DNA from: Chiloscyllium plagiosum
Taxonomy: Eukaryota
Length of the DNA stretch: 64,000 nucleotides
Reading direction: 5' to 3'
NCBI RefSeq assembly: GCF_004010195.1
Contig: NC_057719.1
Span: forward strand, 81,576,340-81,640,339
Shown here: one piece after another, positions 38,184 to 53,416 of the stretch
How positions within the stretch are numbered: position 1 is the stretch's first letter
Layout of the letters: each line of letters opens with the position of its first letter
The notes under the pieces: model-generated
What the model saw: the letters and a program-made list of their open reading frames with translations, nothing else
The model's database searches: none
Told to the model about the DNA's origin: nothing
Made by a program: the position numbers and the translations under genes

Positions 38184-39644
38184 TCAATTAACTGTTCTAT
38201 TTTTGGATGGATTACTTCTGTGTAAAATATAGACAAGTTCCTTAAACAATTCGGTTTAACAAATTTCTGGCTGTAAGAGTTTCAACTGGGAGGATGGCTG
38301 GTTGCCTTAAGATGCAAGTTTAAAGTTACTGTAAAAGGAGAGAGATTAGGAAACTTTTACACAGAGCTATGGGGAATGAATGAAAAAGTTGGACTAATTG
38401 GATAACTACTTCAAGGAGCCAACACTGGCAATGTGTGCCAAATGGCCTCATTTTTGAAAAATAAACTGCATGATTGTACTTCTCATGGAGTTGCTAAGTT
38501 TAGGAAATGGAATTATAAGTTACTTTTGCAGGAAGAAGCATTTTACCTCATTCAAAAAATAGGTACAGATACTCTTTCTCAAAACTCCAAATACAAGGTA
38601 CCAAAAATACCAAAAACTGAAATCTTCACAAAAAGGCACCCAGACAAAACAATCCTCCTGCCTCTAGCCCTCTTCAGTATTACTTAACTGTTCTCTTGTT
38701 TAATATAACACAAGGAACAGGATGGCAGGTAAACCTGAAATGCAGTTCATGGTAATGCTGTGCATCACTGCACACTCATTTGTCTTCACGTTTTGTAGAC
38801 TGACCTTCAGAAACGCTACTGAGTGTTCACCTATTTCAAAGCACTTGCTCAGCTTTTGTTAGTTTTCTATGTTGGCATTTATAACTCCACTGTGATGTTA
38901 TTCACAGATAAAGCCTACCAGCCCAGAATGTTAATTAGGAGCAGGACTGCCATGAAATTTAAAATGACGAATTTCTTTTAATGCTATAATTGTATTGACC
39001 ACAATTTCCAGCCAATCCTTACAAACATTAATGATCATTGATGAATTATCCTCTAGTCAACTGTTTGGATGATATTTTTGTCCTTCAATCTAACCGTTTT
39101 AAGCAAATTACCAGACGATTGTATTATGTTATAACCAAGGGATTTCTGTTCATTTTAATCTCTCATCTGCAGAAGTGATGGTGGTTGGGACCATTTTATC
39201 AGGCATTTGCTGAAGACTTGACCAGGCCAAACAGCCTCATGAGTGAGGTTCACGACTCATAATAAAGGACATGAGTAAGGCTTGTTAAGGTAAAAAGCTC
39301 AAAATGATGCCCAATAGGTATGAAAGAGCAGCAGTAATAATGAGATAAATCAAGTTAGAGAATAAAGATAAAGTGCTAATGTTCTGTAGCTTGAAGTTTA
39401 TTGTAGTTTAAGAGATAAGCTCATTACGTAAAAACTGGAAAGTACATCCAATAAGGCTACATTCTTAGTGTGGCTAGACGTGAGACTAGGTTAGAGAAGT
39501 GACAAAAGGACTATAGGCTTGTCCGAAAAACTCCCCTTGAACTTACTCATGACTGATATTTCTGATCTGTGATCAGTAATCCATTAAGGAGTTGGGAAGT
39601 GATCACCAAGGGATCAGAACACGAGAAAAGAATTTTCAGTATTA

Positions 39645-39764
<120 letters not shown>

Positions 39765-40615
39765 TTAAGAGATCGCTGGTCAGACTGCACGTATGAAGCA
39801 GGAATTGTTAGTTGGAAGGTTTTCCGATGTCACAATGTTGCTTCCTATGTGACAATGCCCGCTAACACTATGACCATGATGGGGTCGAGCCATGGTTCTG
39901 CCACTTTCTACAGCTGTATGTAGGTATAATTGGTGGTGGGAATGGATTTGGATGTGGAGTTTTGTCTGTCTACCCCACCTCTGGACTGAAGGCCTAACAT
40001 TGTTGACAGCTTGGTCAGCAAACATTGGGAAAAAGGTTTGTGAAGGAATTGTCGATAGGTCTAAATCGTGACCTATAACTACTTACCATCATAAGCTATA
40101 CTGGCTATTAATTTGTTATCTCTTTCTAGATTGGTCCAATAAACAGGAACATTCAGTAAACTCCCAACCCATTGCTCAAACAATATATTGCCTGAGAAGG
40201 CACAGCTCAGGTATCTGCCTGCCCAGCCTTCTTATGAAAGAGGTTGCACTCTGTCAACTGAAGATGCTGCAGGATCACAGCACAGCCCTGCAAAGGTACA
40301 GAGCAGCCCAGCACTGGTGCAGCTTTCCATACTCAGACCTTGGTGCTACAGTACCTTACACTGCCCCTTCCCTTATAAGCCCAACACTGGAGGGTAGGTA
40401 CTCAGCAATCCACTGGCTACTGCTTTCATCCCAAAGCACATCAAGTACGTCTGGACCCTTTAGAATGGTGCATAGTGATGTATCACAATGGTAACAGGGA
40501 GGCTACCATGCCTGTACACCGTGAGCCTAACACTGGTGTTCAGATGACAAAATACCATTCCCTATCATGTAGCAAGTGCTTCAAGATGGTCCATCTTGCA
40601 TGTCATGGTGCAGGA

Positions 40616-40968
40616 GGTGGCATAGTGGCTCAGTAGTTAGCACTGCTGCCTCACAGTGCCAAGGACCCAAGTTCAATTCCATCCTCGGGCAACTATCTGT
40701 GTAGAGTCTGCATATTCCCCCTGTGTCTACGTGGGTTTCCTCTGAGTGCTCCAGTTTCCCCCCACAATCCAAAGATGTGCAGGTTATATGGATTGGCCAT
40801 ACTAAATATCCCGTAGTGTTCAGGGATGTATAGGTTAGGTACGTCAGCCATGGGAAATGTAGGGTTACAGGGAAAGGGTAGGGAGATCGGTCTGGGTGGG
40901 TTACTCTTCGGAGGGTCAGTGTGGACTTGTTGGTTGAATGGCCTGTTTCCACACTGGAGGGATTCTGT
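40616..40968 (+). mobile_element. HE1 SINE
   Basis: Full HE1 head, body and tail. Confidence 0.88.
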
Positions 40969-42574
40969 GAGGTCAGTGACAGGAGAGACATAGCTCAATG
41001 CACAAGGCCACAAGATGTCCCTGATCATGACCAAGAGTTCATTGATGTGGTCCGTGCATTTAGTTATCAACCTGGCTGCAGTGCTGGGAACAGGTTTAGC
41101 GACTTGCTGCATTCTGGCAAGGTGACTGAGCCTTCCAGCCACTTGGTGATCCCCTTAATACAAAGCCACAGTTGAACCAGAGTGTCCTGCTTGGGATTGT
41201 CTGCTGTTGATGTTCTCCACGGACTTCAGCACTCGCACTCTATGGTGACCGATCCACTCTGAACAGGCTGATATGAGCCACACTGAGGCAGCCGATCCTT
41301 CTGAAGTTAGTGGGAGTTTGTTCCAAATAGGTATGAGGATTTCTGCGGATTGAGAGAACCCCCAGCTCTCTTAGCCTCTCTGACAGAGGGAGCAGGAAGC
41401 ATAGTTGCTCGAGAGGTGTCAATGTGTCATCTCAACACAGAGGCAAAAATGAGAAGGAGCTGCCTCCAACTCCTTTAAGGCAACAATTGGAAGAAAGTGT
41501 GCACTCACAGGACTCAGTGTGTTGCATACGTATATCCACAAGTAGGTTGTCTCACTCAAAACTAAATTAGAAACACTAAAATGTGCAATAGTTCGCATGA
41601 TATTTTCAGGACAATGTTACAAATTATTTCCCATACGAAGTTTATCAGGTTCTTACTTTTGCCAGTGGAGTCTGTTCTGCTCTGCCTGAACATCCACCCA
41701 CGCTCAGGAGCAGACTTCCTTGATCAGAGTTGAGATTTTACAAGCCTGACTCAATGGACAAATGGCACTTCTGTCTTGTCCAAACCCTGGTTTGTTCAAA
41801 AAGCATACCTTTGCCACCTCTTTCTCCTAACTAACCCACTTGCCCCAACACCCCTACAAACACATGCAAATCCAGGATCTGGCCCAAGCTTGTTCTGGTC
41901 AGCAAAAGATTCCTTCCTTGCGCATTTTTCAGAACCTGCCCACAAAAACTTTGAGGGCCATTCCACTAAGCTCTTGACTGGCAATGTGCCATATGTCCTA
42001 CGGAAAATCTGTGGGTTCCACCTTCCATTTACCCATCAGCTTCTGATACTCATTCTCTTCTGGGCTTCTTCAAATTCTCATCCCAAACAAAGCTGCTGAT
42101 ATCATATGACTTGTTGTTCTTTCCAGTATTTTAATGGGCAGAGGAGGATAACGTGACGTACCCAAACTCACCTTTTGCTCGACCTCTATTTTTTATTGCC
42201 TCTCATCAGTAAGATGATGGCACGCATCAAGCCAACTCTATAGTTGCTATGAAGAGAGGAGATACTAAGTTTTTAACACTGTCCAGATTGCACTAAATCT
42301 CAGTTGATTTCAACACTTCCAGCCTCATTTGGATTTGTCAAAGAATTCAAAAACAATCATCTGGACTGCAGCACAGGATGAAGAATTTTATTTTTTCGCA
42401 TTTCTTTGCAGTGAATGTACCAATGGAGGTGGAGAACAGCCATAACATTATATGATTGGATGTTTCCAAGTGGATGACTATTGTACTCATACCCCTTGCT
42501 TGACTATGATAGAGTTGGTAGAATTAGGCCTTTCCTTCACCATGGAACAATTGCTCAATCAATACCTTTCCTCA

Positions 42575-42763
<189 letters not shown>

Positions 42764-44423
42764 TCAGTTAGAGTTGACCACATTTAATATAGTGAAATGG
42801 GCCTTCGTATTAAGTTGCAGTTTAGTAACGATCATGTGATTTTCAGTGGACATGTGGACTCAGTGAAAGATCTTGTCCACGGTTCAAGCATGCTAACTTA
42901 CTCACTATCCCCTGACCCCATGATTTCACATTTGTCACTCAGTAATAACCATATTCATATATCGTCAGAGCTTGGCTTCAGAAGATCATCCTGGCTTTCT
43001 CACAGGACATCTCGGCTCTTATGGTCTCATACATAAACAAGGGCATCAATGACCATTTTCTTGTATCAGATCAGCTTTGGCTCAGTTGTTTGCTCTCTTG
43101 TATCTAAATCACAAGGTTCTGGGTTCAAATCCTCCTCTGGAAACTTGAGGTCCAAAACAATTAAGTACAAATCTAAGGGAGTGGTGCTTTAATGGAATTG
43201 CCACCTTTTGAAAGAGATGTTTAACTGAGGTCCTGTCTGTTTTTACTCATATGGACTTGAAGTAATCCCACAGCACTACTTTGAAGAAAAGCAGGAGAAT
43301 TATAGGTGTATGGCTACCTTATTAGTTGAAGTACTGAGAGATTATGCTAGCGCTGTACAGGATGTTGGTTAAGCCATGCCGAGAGTTCTGTGTGCAGTTC
43401 TGCTCAGCACACTGTAGGAAGGATGTGCAAAAGAGATGGTGCAAAAGAGATTCACCAGGATTTTGCCTAGCATTTGAGCTACAAAGAGAGACTAGGTAGC
43501 TAGAGTTGTTGTTTTTTTATTTGGAGCAGAGAAGGTGCACAGATTTAAGATAAGTGGCATGAGATTTAGAGAGGATTTAAGGAGAAAGTTTTTTCCCCAC
43601 AGAGATGGGTGGGTGTCTGAAAGCCATTGTCTGCAAGAATGGCACAGGCTGGAACCATTACAAAATTTAAGAAGTATTTAGATGATTACTATAGCATAGT
43701 GAAACACCAAAGCATACAACACTATAGACCCATGTGGTAGGGTAGATAGGTGCTTGATGACCAGTATAGACATGATGGGCCATAGGGCTTTTATGCCTGA
43801 CTCCATGCCTAATTGTCCCCAATGTCTTGCCAATAGCCATCCCTCAATGAACATCCCAAAGTCTGTCCTTATTGCATTGCTGCTTCGGGAAGCATACTTT
43901 GTAGGAATTGTTTATCACATTTCCAACATTGCTAGTGACAATGCTTCCAAAAGCATTTCATTGGCAACAAAGAGCTTTGAAACATCCAGCAGCCATGAAA
44001 AATGCTTTATAAATGCAAGCCTTTTTTTAATCCCTCATCGTCTGCATTCCCTGACCCACAACCAAACCCATCATCTTCTGTGTCAGTCTCGAGAATAAAA
44101 ATGGATCTAACGACACCCGCTCTCTAACTTTAGCCTCTGGCCAGACTCCTCCACCTTCATTCTGCAACAACCATTTACTACAACTTGCAAAAACAACTCC
44201 CAAGTATCCACATTTAACATCCTTGATCCCAGCAAAACCTTTACTATCCAGTCTGGCACATTTCCCTGATACAGAGCAAACCTGCACTCCCACAAATCCT
44301 AAGGATGCTGCCTTGAATATATCAGGACCATGACTGGTGAACATCAATTGCCTGAGTCATCTGCAGGAAGGTCTCTCATGCCTCAAAACAATCTCTGTCA
44401 AGCTAATACAACACGCAATTCTA

Positions 44424-44972
44424 ATGGGCGGCACAATGGTTCAGTGGTCAGCACTGCTACCTCCAGCAGCAAGCAGCTGGGTTTGATTCCACCTTTGGGT
44501 GACTGTCTGTGCGGAGTTTGCATGTTCTTCCTGTATCTACATGGGATTTCTTCAGAAGGGCATCCCACCCAGACCCACTCTGCCTACCCTCTCCCTCCAA
44601 CCATACATTCACCATGTCTAGCCTGCATCCCTGGACATTATTAGCAATTTAGCACGGCCATTCCCCCTAGCCTGCATATCTTTGGACTGTGAGAGGAAGC
44701 CAAAACACCCGGAGGAAACCCATGGAGACATGTGCAAACTCCGGACAGTCACCCGAAGGTGGAATTGAACCCAGACCCTTGGCACTGTGAGGTAGCAGTG
44801 CTAACCACTGAGCCACCCTGCCATCCAATCTCCTCCCACAGCCCAATGATGTGCGGGTTAAGTGGATTGGCCATGCTGAAATTTACCAGGATTGTGCAGG
44901 CAAGGTGGGCTATCTATGGTTGGTGTGGACTCAATGGGCTGAATGGCCTCTTTCAGCAATGCAGGGATTCTA
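44424..44972. mobile_element. HE1 SINE (+) interrupted by an antisense HE1 SINE (~44550-44825)
   Basis: The + copy breaks at atgggatttc and resumes at tcctcccacagcccaatgatgtgc. Confidence 0.75.
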
Positions 44973-45611
44973 ACATGCATATCACTATGTCCCCGACCCT
45001 CACAGTGCAATAATGACAGACTTTGTGATGCTCACTAAGGGGTAACAATTCCCAAGACAATGGGACAATTAGGCACAGAGTCATGGATGGAAGCCAAATG
45101 GCCTGTCATGTCCATGCTGGTCATCAAGCCTCTATCTACTCTACACTTGGATCTACAGTATTATAGGCTGTGGTGTTTCGCTATGCCTTAATAATCATGT
45201 TAATAATTCTTAAATGTTGCAATGGTTAACACCTGTACCATTCTTTCAGGCAGTAAGTTCCAAACACTCACCCTGCTAAGCGAGAAAGAAATTTCTCCTT
45301 AAATCCTCTCTCAACCTCATGCCTCTTACCTTAAATCTGTACACTCTAGCAACCTATCATCCACTAAAAGGGAAAGGTTTATTTCAAATTGACCCTGTCT
45401 ATGTCCCTGAGAATTCTGTAGACCTCAAACAAGATCCCCCCCGCCCAAGCCTTTGCAGCTTGCACTGTACAGGTTCCATGCTGTTTTATCCAGTAGCATA
45501 GTTCAATAAGATCAAAAACGGTTAAGGATAAAATTCTTTATGAGGGTCCAAGTGCAACAGGAGTCCGCCTACAGTTTGCAGATGTTTAATGTGTTAATCC
45601 CAGCAGCGTTT

Positions 45612-45965
45612 GGGTGGCAGGGTGGCTCAGTGGTTAGCACTGCTACCTCACAGTGCCAGGGGCCTGAGTTAAATACGACACTCGGGTGACTGTGTGGAAT
45701 TTGCACATTCTCCCTATGTCTGCATGGGTTTCCTCCGGATGCTACGGTTTCCTCCTAAAGTCCAAAGAAATGCAGGTTAAGGGGATTGGCCATGCTAAAT
45801 TGCCCATAGGGTCCAGGGATGTGCAGGCTAGGTGGATTAGCCATTGGAAATGTGTGGTTAGAGGGAGAGGGTAGGCGGTGTGGGTCTGGGTGGGATGTCC
45901 TTCGGAGGGTCAGTGTGGACTCGATGGGCCAAATGGCATACTCTCACACTGTAAGGATTCTATGG
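45612..45965 (+). mobile_element. HE1 SINE
   Basis: Full HE1 head, body and tail. Confidence 0.88.
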
Positions 45966-46776
45966 AAGCCCAACCCAGCTTTCTGAAATCTCCTTACTCA
46001 GGCTTGCTTTGCCATGCCTGGACCATTCAAAACTGCTGCAGTACAAGCCAACTAAGAACACTTGGACCATCCTCCTTAGAGGATGAGAGAGTGAGAGGGA
46101 GATGGAACTGTATTCAGAATTGGCAGGGATTCTGATAGAATAGATAGGTGGAAAGTGGTTCCACTGATTGGAGGAGCTTTAATGACTCTACAACCACTGG
46201 CAACAAACCTGGGGCCTCGGTGGAGTGTAGGGGATAGGAAAAACAAAGATAATTTTCCACACAATTTTCCTAATCATTCACAGGATGTGGACGTTGCTGG
46301 CTGGGCCAGCATTTGTTGTCTACCCTTAGTTGCCTTTGAGAAAGCGGTGGTGAGCTGACTTCTTGAACTGCTGCAGTCCATGAGTTAGACCCAAAATGCC
46401 CTTAGGGAGATCATTCTAAGATTTTGACTGAATGGCACGGAAGGAACAATGGCATATTTCCAAGTCAGGATGGTGATCAGCTTGGAAGGGAACTTGCGTA
46501 ACCATATAATTGCAGCCCTTGCCTTGTCAGATGCTTCTGGGTTTGGAAAGTACTGTCAAATGGATCATAGTGGAATCAGCGGTCTGAAATACACTATCTG
46601 AAAACATGTAACGACCAAATTTTATCATAACTTTCAAATGATATTTGGATGTAAATTTTAAAAGGAAATATTTCCGGGGCTTTGAGGAAAGAGTTGGAGT
46701 TGGAGTAATTAATTCTTTTAAAGGACTTTCAGAATCACATCAGGCCCAATGGTCTCCTTCTGTATTGTAAGTTTCA

Positions 46777-47061
<285 letters not shown>

Positions 47062-47454
47062 TCACATACCAAGCACACAGGGCAATAAATACACTCAACA
47101 GCCTGATAAACACAAATGGATAAGTCCTCCTATGGTGCCTCTGAGCACTGGGTTTCTTAGGCTGCATCCACCTTGATCAGTGATGGCAATTTTAATTTGA
47201 TTTGTTATTGTCACATGTACTGAGATACAGTGAAAGTACTGTTTTGCGTGCAGGGAAATTATACCCGGCATAAGTGCATCAGAATAATAGAACAGAATTC
47301 AGAATATAGTGCTATCACCTCAGAGTAAGTACAGAGAAAAGTCAACTCTAATATATATGAGAACTGTTCAAATCATATGAACACTGATGCCCTCCTTTTC
47401 GAGTTTCCTACTTCACTAAAGTGACTAAATTTCAAGAGCATTTCGTTGGGTATG

Positions 47455-48155
47455 AAGTGCCTATGGAAAAGACTTTGTTAAACTTGAAAGGGTTCTGTAA
47501 AGATTCAGAAGGATGTTGCTTGGTCTGGAAGGTTTGAGCTATAGGGAGAGGCTGAATAGGCTGGAACCTTCTTCCCAGGAGCATTGGAGGGGCGAGGGAT
47601 GACCTTATAAAATCAGGGTTTATTGAATTGAATTGAATTGAATTGAACTGAATTTATTGTCATGTGTACCGAGGCACAGTGAAAATAATAGGTAAACAAT
47701 GGCAAAAACAAAAACACAGGTACAGGCGAATGTTAAGAGTTTGTGAGTCCATTCAGTATTCTAACGACAGTAGGATAGAAACTGTTACAAAACCGGGGGT
47801 GCATATGTTCAGGCTTCTGTACAATCACAAGGGGAATGGATAGGGGGATGAGCTAAGGTCTTTTTTTCCAAGGTAATGGCATGGGTTTAAGATGAGAGGG
47901 AAAAGATTTAAAAGGGACCTGAGGGGCAACTTTTTCACACAGAGGGTCGTGTGTGTATGGAATGAACTGCCAGAGGAAGTGGAGGAGGCTGGTACAATTA
48001 CAACATTTAAAATGCATCGGGGCAGGTATATGAATAGGAAGGGTTTAGAGGGCTTTGGGCCCAATGCTGACAAATGGAACTAGATGAGTTTAGAAAACCT
48101 GGTCGGCGTGTATACGTTGGACTGAAGGGACTGTTTCTGTGCTGTACGACTCTGT
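47455..48155 (+). mobile_element. CR1 3' end interrupted by an antisense LINE tail with (gaatt)n (~47620-47822)
   Basis: RGKRFKRDLRGNFFTQRVVCVWNELPEEV; the insert begins ttgaattgaattgaattg...tttattgtca. Confidence 0.8.
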
Positions 48156-48947
48156 CTTGTGGTCAAAGATGGCACTATATAATTGCAAGCTCTTTCTTTT
48201 TTATTTTCTGGCAATTTATGATCTGACCCCTGAACACACAAATCTGCTCATGAACTGTCAGATGGTAGCAAAGTGATAAGGTCCCTGCAGCAGTAATAGA
48301 GAAGCCCCAGGAATAATGGTCTTCAACAAGGATTCACATCTTACCACAGAGATAATAACCCCTTGGTTGCCATTAAATCCCATCTAGTTCATGCCATTTA
48401 GGGATGGAAATCTACCACTCTAATGTAGCCTGGCCTACAGATGACTCTAGGCCCACAGCAATGTGGTTGATTCCTACTGACTCCTGAAATGGCTGTGAAA
48501 AACCACTCAGTTCAAGGGACATCAGACATGGGCAACAAATACTGGCCTTACTGGGCATCTCATGTCCCATTAAAGAAGATGACAAAAGAAGGACTAAACC
48601 AAAATGGCGCTTAAGGGGAAATGACCCCAGCCTTCTTTTTTTAAAGAAAATTTTTAATCAACCTGTCCAGATAGTTTATGACACACCTCTGGATTTGGTG
48701 GGGCATGATCAAGGATCCTCTGGCCCAAAGTTAGAGACATCACCACTGTGTCACAAGGGACCTGAACCCAGCTCTATATTGGTTTTAAAATCCCACCACC
48801 AAATGTTGAATGCAACTATGGATCACTCTTGCCTCTGTATCAGGGACTTGTGGGTTTAAATCCCATTCTAGGCACCCAGGCCAATAGTTGTCCCTTAATA
48901 GCATCATTTAAAAGAACATGTAGATGATCTGATCACTGTTTGTACTG

Positions 48948-49105
48948 TCGAAAAGTGAGGTGCTGGAAAAGCACCGCAGGTAAAGCAGCATCTGAGGAGC
49001 AGGAGAGTTGACATTTCTGGCATAAGCCCTTCATCAGGTGACCTGCGGTGCTTTTCCAGTGCCTCACTTTTTGACTCTGATCTCCAGCATCTCAGTCCTC
49101 ACACT
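48948..49105. mobile_element. Fold-back Penelope-like terminal-repeat element with a mutated hammerhead (minus strand 49037-49007)
   Basis: gctggaaaagcaccgcagg / cctgcggtgcttttccag arms; minus strand CUGAUGAAGGGCUUAUGCCAGAAAUGUC. Confidence 0.7.
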
Positions 49106-50439
49106 CTTCTATCTAGTTGTGTGTAAATTGACCACTACCATTATTATCCACAACAGTGACTACAAAGTATGTCAATAGCTGTGCAGCATTTTGCAGCACC
49201 CTGAGGTTGAAATACGTGCTATATAAATGCACTCCTTTTTAAAACAAAAAATCATTTTAAAAGACTTTTTCTCCAAATAAAAATAGAGGCTTTAAATCTC
49301 TCTATATTGACTGTGGGATCAATGATGTTCCTAATCATCAACAAGTAGGTATCTTTTTAAATAATTATCAAAGGCTTGATGTAAACATCAATTCCATTTC
49401 TTAACAACACTTTCAAATTGAATTCTTTTGACAGCTGCACAAATAACTCCAGTCTGAAGCTTTTATCTCTTTATGGAGGTGAAAAACCCAGCAATGATTG
49501 CAGCACAAGTGAGTGATGTTGATAATGCAGAGAATAAGTTTAAAAAGTTTGAGTTTTGACAGAGATTTTGCCAAGCCTCCATGCACCTCTCCCCCCGCCC
49601 CATTCCGCCACATTGTCCTATCCACCCACCCATACAATCATTGAGCAATTTTCCCACTGATATGTTATTATTCTTGATTGCACTGTTGAAAGTGGTGATT
49701 TATACTAAGGAAGTGCTTGATGCATTTGTGCATGAACAAACTGAGCCAATAAGTGCAAGTACATGGTAGCAGAGTCTTTAGTAAGTGCAAATAAGTGGTA
49801 GTAGAGTCAGATACATTAGGGACATTCAAGCAGCTCTTGGATAGGCAGATGGATGATATTAAAATGAAAGGTATGTCGGTTAGTTTCATCTTAGAGTAGG
49901 ATAAAAGGTTGGCACATCAAGGGTCAAAGGGCCAGTACTGTACTGTTCTACGTACAACTGCAACACCAAGGTAAATTTAAATGAGTGTAAGCTTAAAGAG
50001 TGCCCAGCAAAACTGAAGTCAAGGGGGACCAGGAGGCAGAATTCTCTAATCGTTAGAGCTATACCAAGCATGAAGAATGTTGTAGCTAAGCATTGCTTAA
50101 AAAAAAGGCAAAGTTGAAACTTCATTTTGCACTCATCAGAACTAGGACACTTGGAAAAAGGGACACAAAAATAATACAGCATGAGAGGAGGGTGATGACT
50201 GATTGAGCCATCATCAACATGCGCAGTTACCTGTCAATCTTAGGTCTGAGACCAGGTAGCTAGACTTTGATTGGTTCAGAAATTGCCATGGGAATGCCAA
50301 CAGGGCTTGGTGATCTCCATGACCTGTTTTCCTCCCAAGTGAAAATGGGGCAGTGTATGCATGAATTCCTTTTACTGACATAAAACAGGGTCCTTTTTGT
50401 TAATGTATGTAGCTTCTAGTATTGTTGTTCTTGTTGTAA

Positions 50440-53240
50440 GTTAGTCACCTCAGCTCCAAGACATCTATGCAGGAGTTCCTCAGGTTAGTGTTCTAGGCCC
50501 AACCATCTTCAGCTGCTTCATCAATGACATTTCCTCCATCATAAGGTCAGAAGTGGGGATGTTGCTGACAATTGTGCAATGTTCAGCACCATTCATGACT
50601 CCTCCAATACTGAAGCAATCTATGTTCAAATGCGACAATGTCTAGACAATATCCAGACTTGGTCTGATAAATGGAAGTAACATCATACTGCAAAAATGCC
50701 AGGCAATGACCATTTCTAACTTGAGAGAATCTAACCATCTAACCCTGGACATTCATCACCATTTCCAAATTCCCACTACCAACATTCTGGCTGTTACCAT
50801 TTTCCGGGGACTGAATTGAAATACTCATATCAATATTGTGGATATAAGACAGCAAGTGAAAGTTTGGGATTCTGCAGTGAGTAATACATTTACCGACCTC
50901 TTGGTTCATTTATGGGATGTGGGCATCATTGGCTGGGCCCAGCATTCATTGCCCATGACAAGGTGGTGGTGAAATGCTTTCATGAATTGTTGCAGGCTTT
51001 TTGGTGTCGGTATACTTACAGTGCTGTCAGGGAGGGATTTCCAGGATTGTAACCAGCAAAACTGAAGGAATGATGACATTATCCAAGTCAGGATGGCAAG
51101 TGGCTTGGAGAGGAACTTGCAGAGGTGTGGCATCAAGGATTCCTAGCAAAACTAGAGTCAATGGGAATCAGAGTGAAAATTCAGGTATCTGTGCCTTTGT
51201 CCTTCTAGATGGAAGTGGTCATGGGTTTGGAAGTTGCTGTCTAAAGAGCCCTGATAAATTTCTGTGCATCTTATAAATGATATATAGTACTGCAACTGAA
51301 TGCTGATGGTGGATGGAGTAGATGCTTGTAAATGTGGTGCTAATCAAGCAGGCTGCTTTGTCCTGAATGGTGTCAAGCTTCTTGATATTGTTGGAGCTGC
51401 ACGCATCTAGGCAGGGAGTATCCCATCTCACTCCTGACTTATGCCTTGCAGATGATGGATAGACTTTGGGGATTCAGGTGAGTTACTTGCCAAGGTATTC
51501 TTAACCTCTGACTTGCTATTGTAGCCACAAGTTTATGTTGCGAGTCCAGCTCTGTTTCTGGTCAATGGTAACCTTCAGGATGCTGACAGTGGAGGATTCA
51601 GTGATGGTAACATCATTGAATGTCAAGAGGTGGTGGTTAGATTATTGAAGATGGTCACTGTCTGGCATTTGCATGGCACGAAATGTTACTTGCCACTTGA
51701 CAGCCAAAGCCTGGATTTTACCTGGATCTTGTTGCATTTGAACATGGACTGCTTCAGTTTCTGAGGAGTCACGAATGGTGCTGAACATTGTGCAATCATA
51801 GGCCAACATCCCCACTTCTGACCGTATGATGGTGGGACAGTCAGTGATGAAGCAGCTGAAGATGTTTGGGCCTGGGACACTAACCTAAGAGACTTTGTAC
51901 AGATGTACAGAGCTGAGATGATGGTCCTGCAGCAACCACAACCACATTCATATGTGTCAGCTATGACCTAAACCAAATGACAATCTTTTCCCCTGATTCT
52001 ACTGATTTCAGTTTTGCTAGGGTTCTTTGATGCCACACCCATTTGAAAGCAGCCTTGATGGCAAGGTCGTCACTCTCACCTCACCTCTAGAATTCAGCTC
52101 TTTTGTCCATTTTTGAAGCAAGTCTGTAATGAGGTCAGGAGCTGAGTGGCCCTGTCAGAACCCAAACTCGATGACACTGACCACCTTCCATCACTTTACT
52201 GATGATCGAGAGTAGGCTGATGGGGCAGTAATTGCCCAGGTTGGATGTCTCCTGCTTTTTGTGACCAGGCCTTACTGGGCAATTTTCCACATTGTCAAGT
52301 GGATTACAGTGTTGCAACTGTACTGGAAGAACTTGGCTAGGGATATAGGACATTCTGAAGTGTGAATCTACATTAATATTGCCAGAATACTATCAAGGCC
52401 CCAGGTCTTAGTAGAATCCAGTGCCTGGATATCAAATGGAGTGAATCAAATTGGCTGAAGACTGACATCTCTGACACTGGGGAATTTGGGAGGAGGCTAA
52501 GACATATCATCCATTCAACACTTCCAGCTGAAGACTGCTGTGAATGCTTCAGCTTTATCTTTTGCACTAATGTGCTGGGCTCTTCTATCATTGAGATTTG
52601 GGATATTTGTGCAGCCTTCTCCTCCAGTGAGTTGTTAATTGTCCACCACCATTCACGACTGGATGTGGCAGGACTGCAGAGCATGGATCTGATCTTTTGG
52701 TTATGGGATCATTTAGCCCTGTATCTATCACTTGTTGCTTATGCTGTTTCACATATTTGGTAGCTTCATTGGTTAACATCTCATTTTTAGCTATGCCTGA
52801 TGCTGCTCCTGGTTCCCTCACCACCTACCTGCAGACCCAGTCTAACAGCTACATCCTTTAGGACTTGACCAGCTTGATCAGTCGTACTGCTGCCAAGCCA
52901 CGTTTGGCGGTGGACACTGAAATCCCCCACCCAGAGTACATTTTACACCCTTGCCAGCCTCGGTGCTTCCTCCAACTGGTGCTCAAATAGGAAGAGGAGA
53001 GTATGTGGTAATCAGTTGGAGGTTTCCTTGCCCATGTTTGATCTGATGCCATGAAACCAGAATCAATAATGAAGACTCCCAGAGCAATTCCATCTCGATT
53101 GAGTGCTACTGTGCTGCCACCTCTGCTGTGTCTGTCCTGTGATAGGACAGTTAGTCTATATGCTGACAGTGTTTACTGGGACATTGCAAGGTGCAATTCT
53201 ATGAACATGACTTTGTTAGGCTGTTGCTTGACTAATCTGT
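50440..53240. mobile_element. Two copies of one CR1-like LINE family tail-to-tail: + RT fragment 50440-50900 and - endonuclease/RT/3' end 50905-53240
   Basis: GVPQ.SVLGPTIFSCFIND (+); GNYCPISLLSIISKVME and KKLDTIQDKAACLI (-). Confidence 0.8.
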
Positions 53241-53416
53241 GACAAATATGACCCCTATCTACAAGATACAAGTCAGGAGTAAGATGTTATTTGTCTCGAT
53301 GAATATGTCACCAACAACACTCAACAATCTGAATGCTGTCCAGGATAAAGCAGCCTGCTTCACAGCACCCTATTCACTACTTTAAATGCTAATGAGTAGC
53401 AGCAATATGGACGATC

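Noticed and set aside
49463..49657. Hydrophobic minus-strand ORF (LSTSLTCAAIIAGFF) as the LTK transmembrane exon
   Set aside because: There is no suitable acceptor or phase-1 donor, and the hydrophobic stretch is too short and polar.
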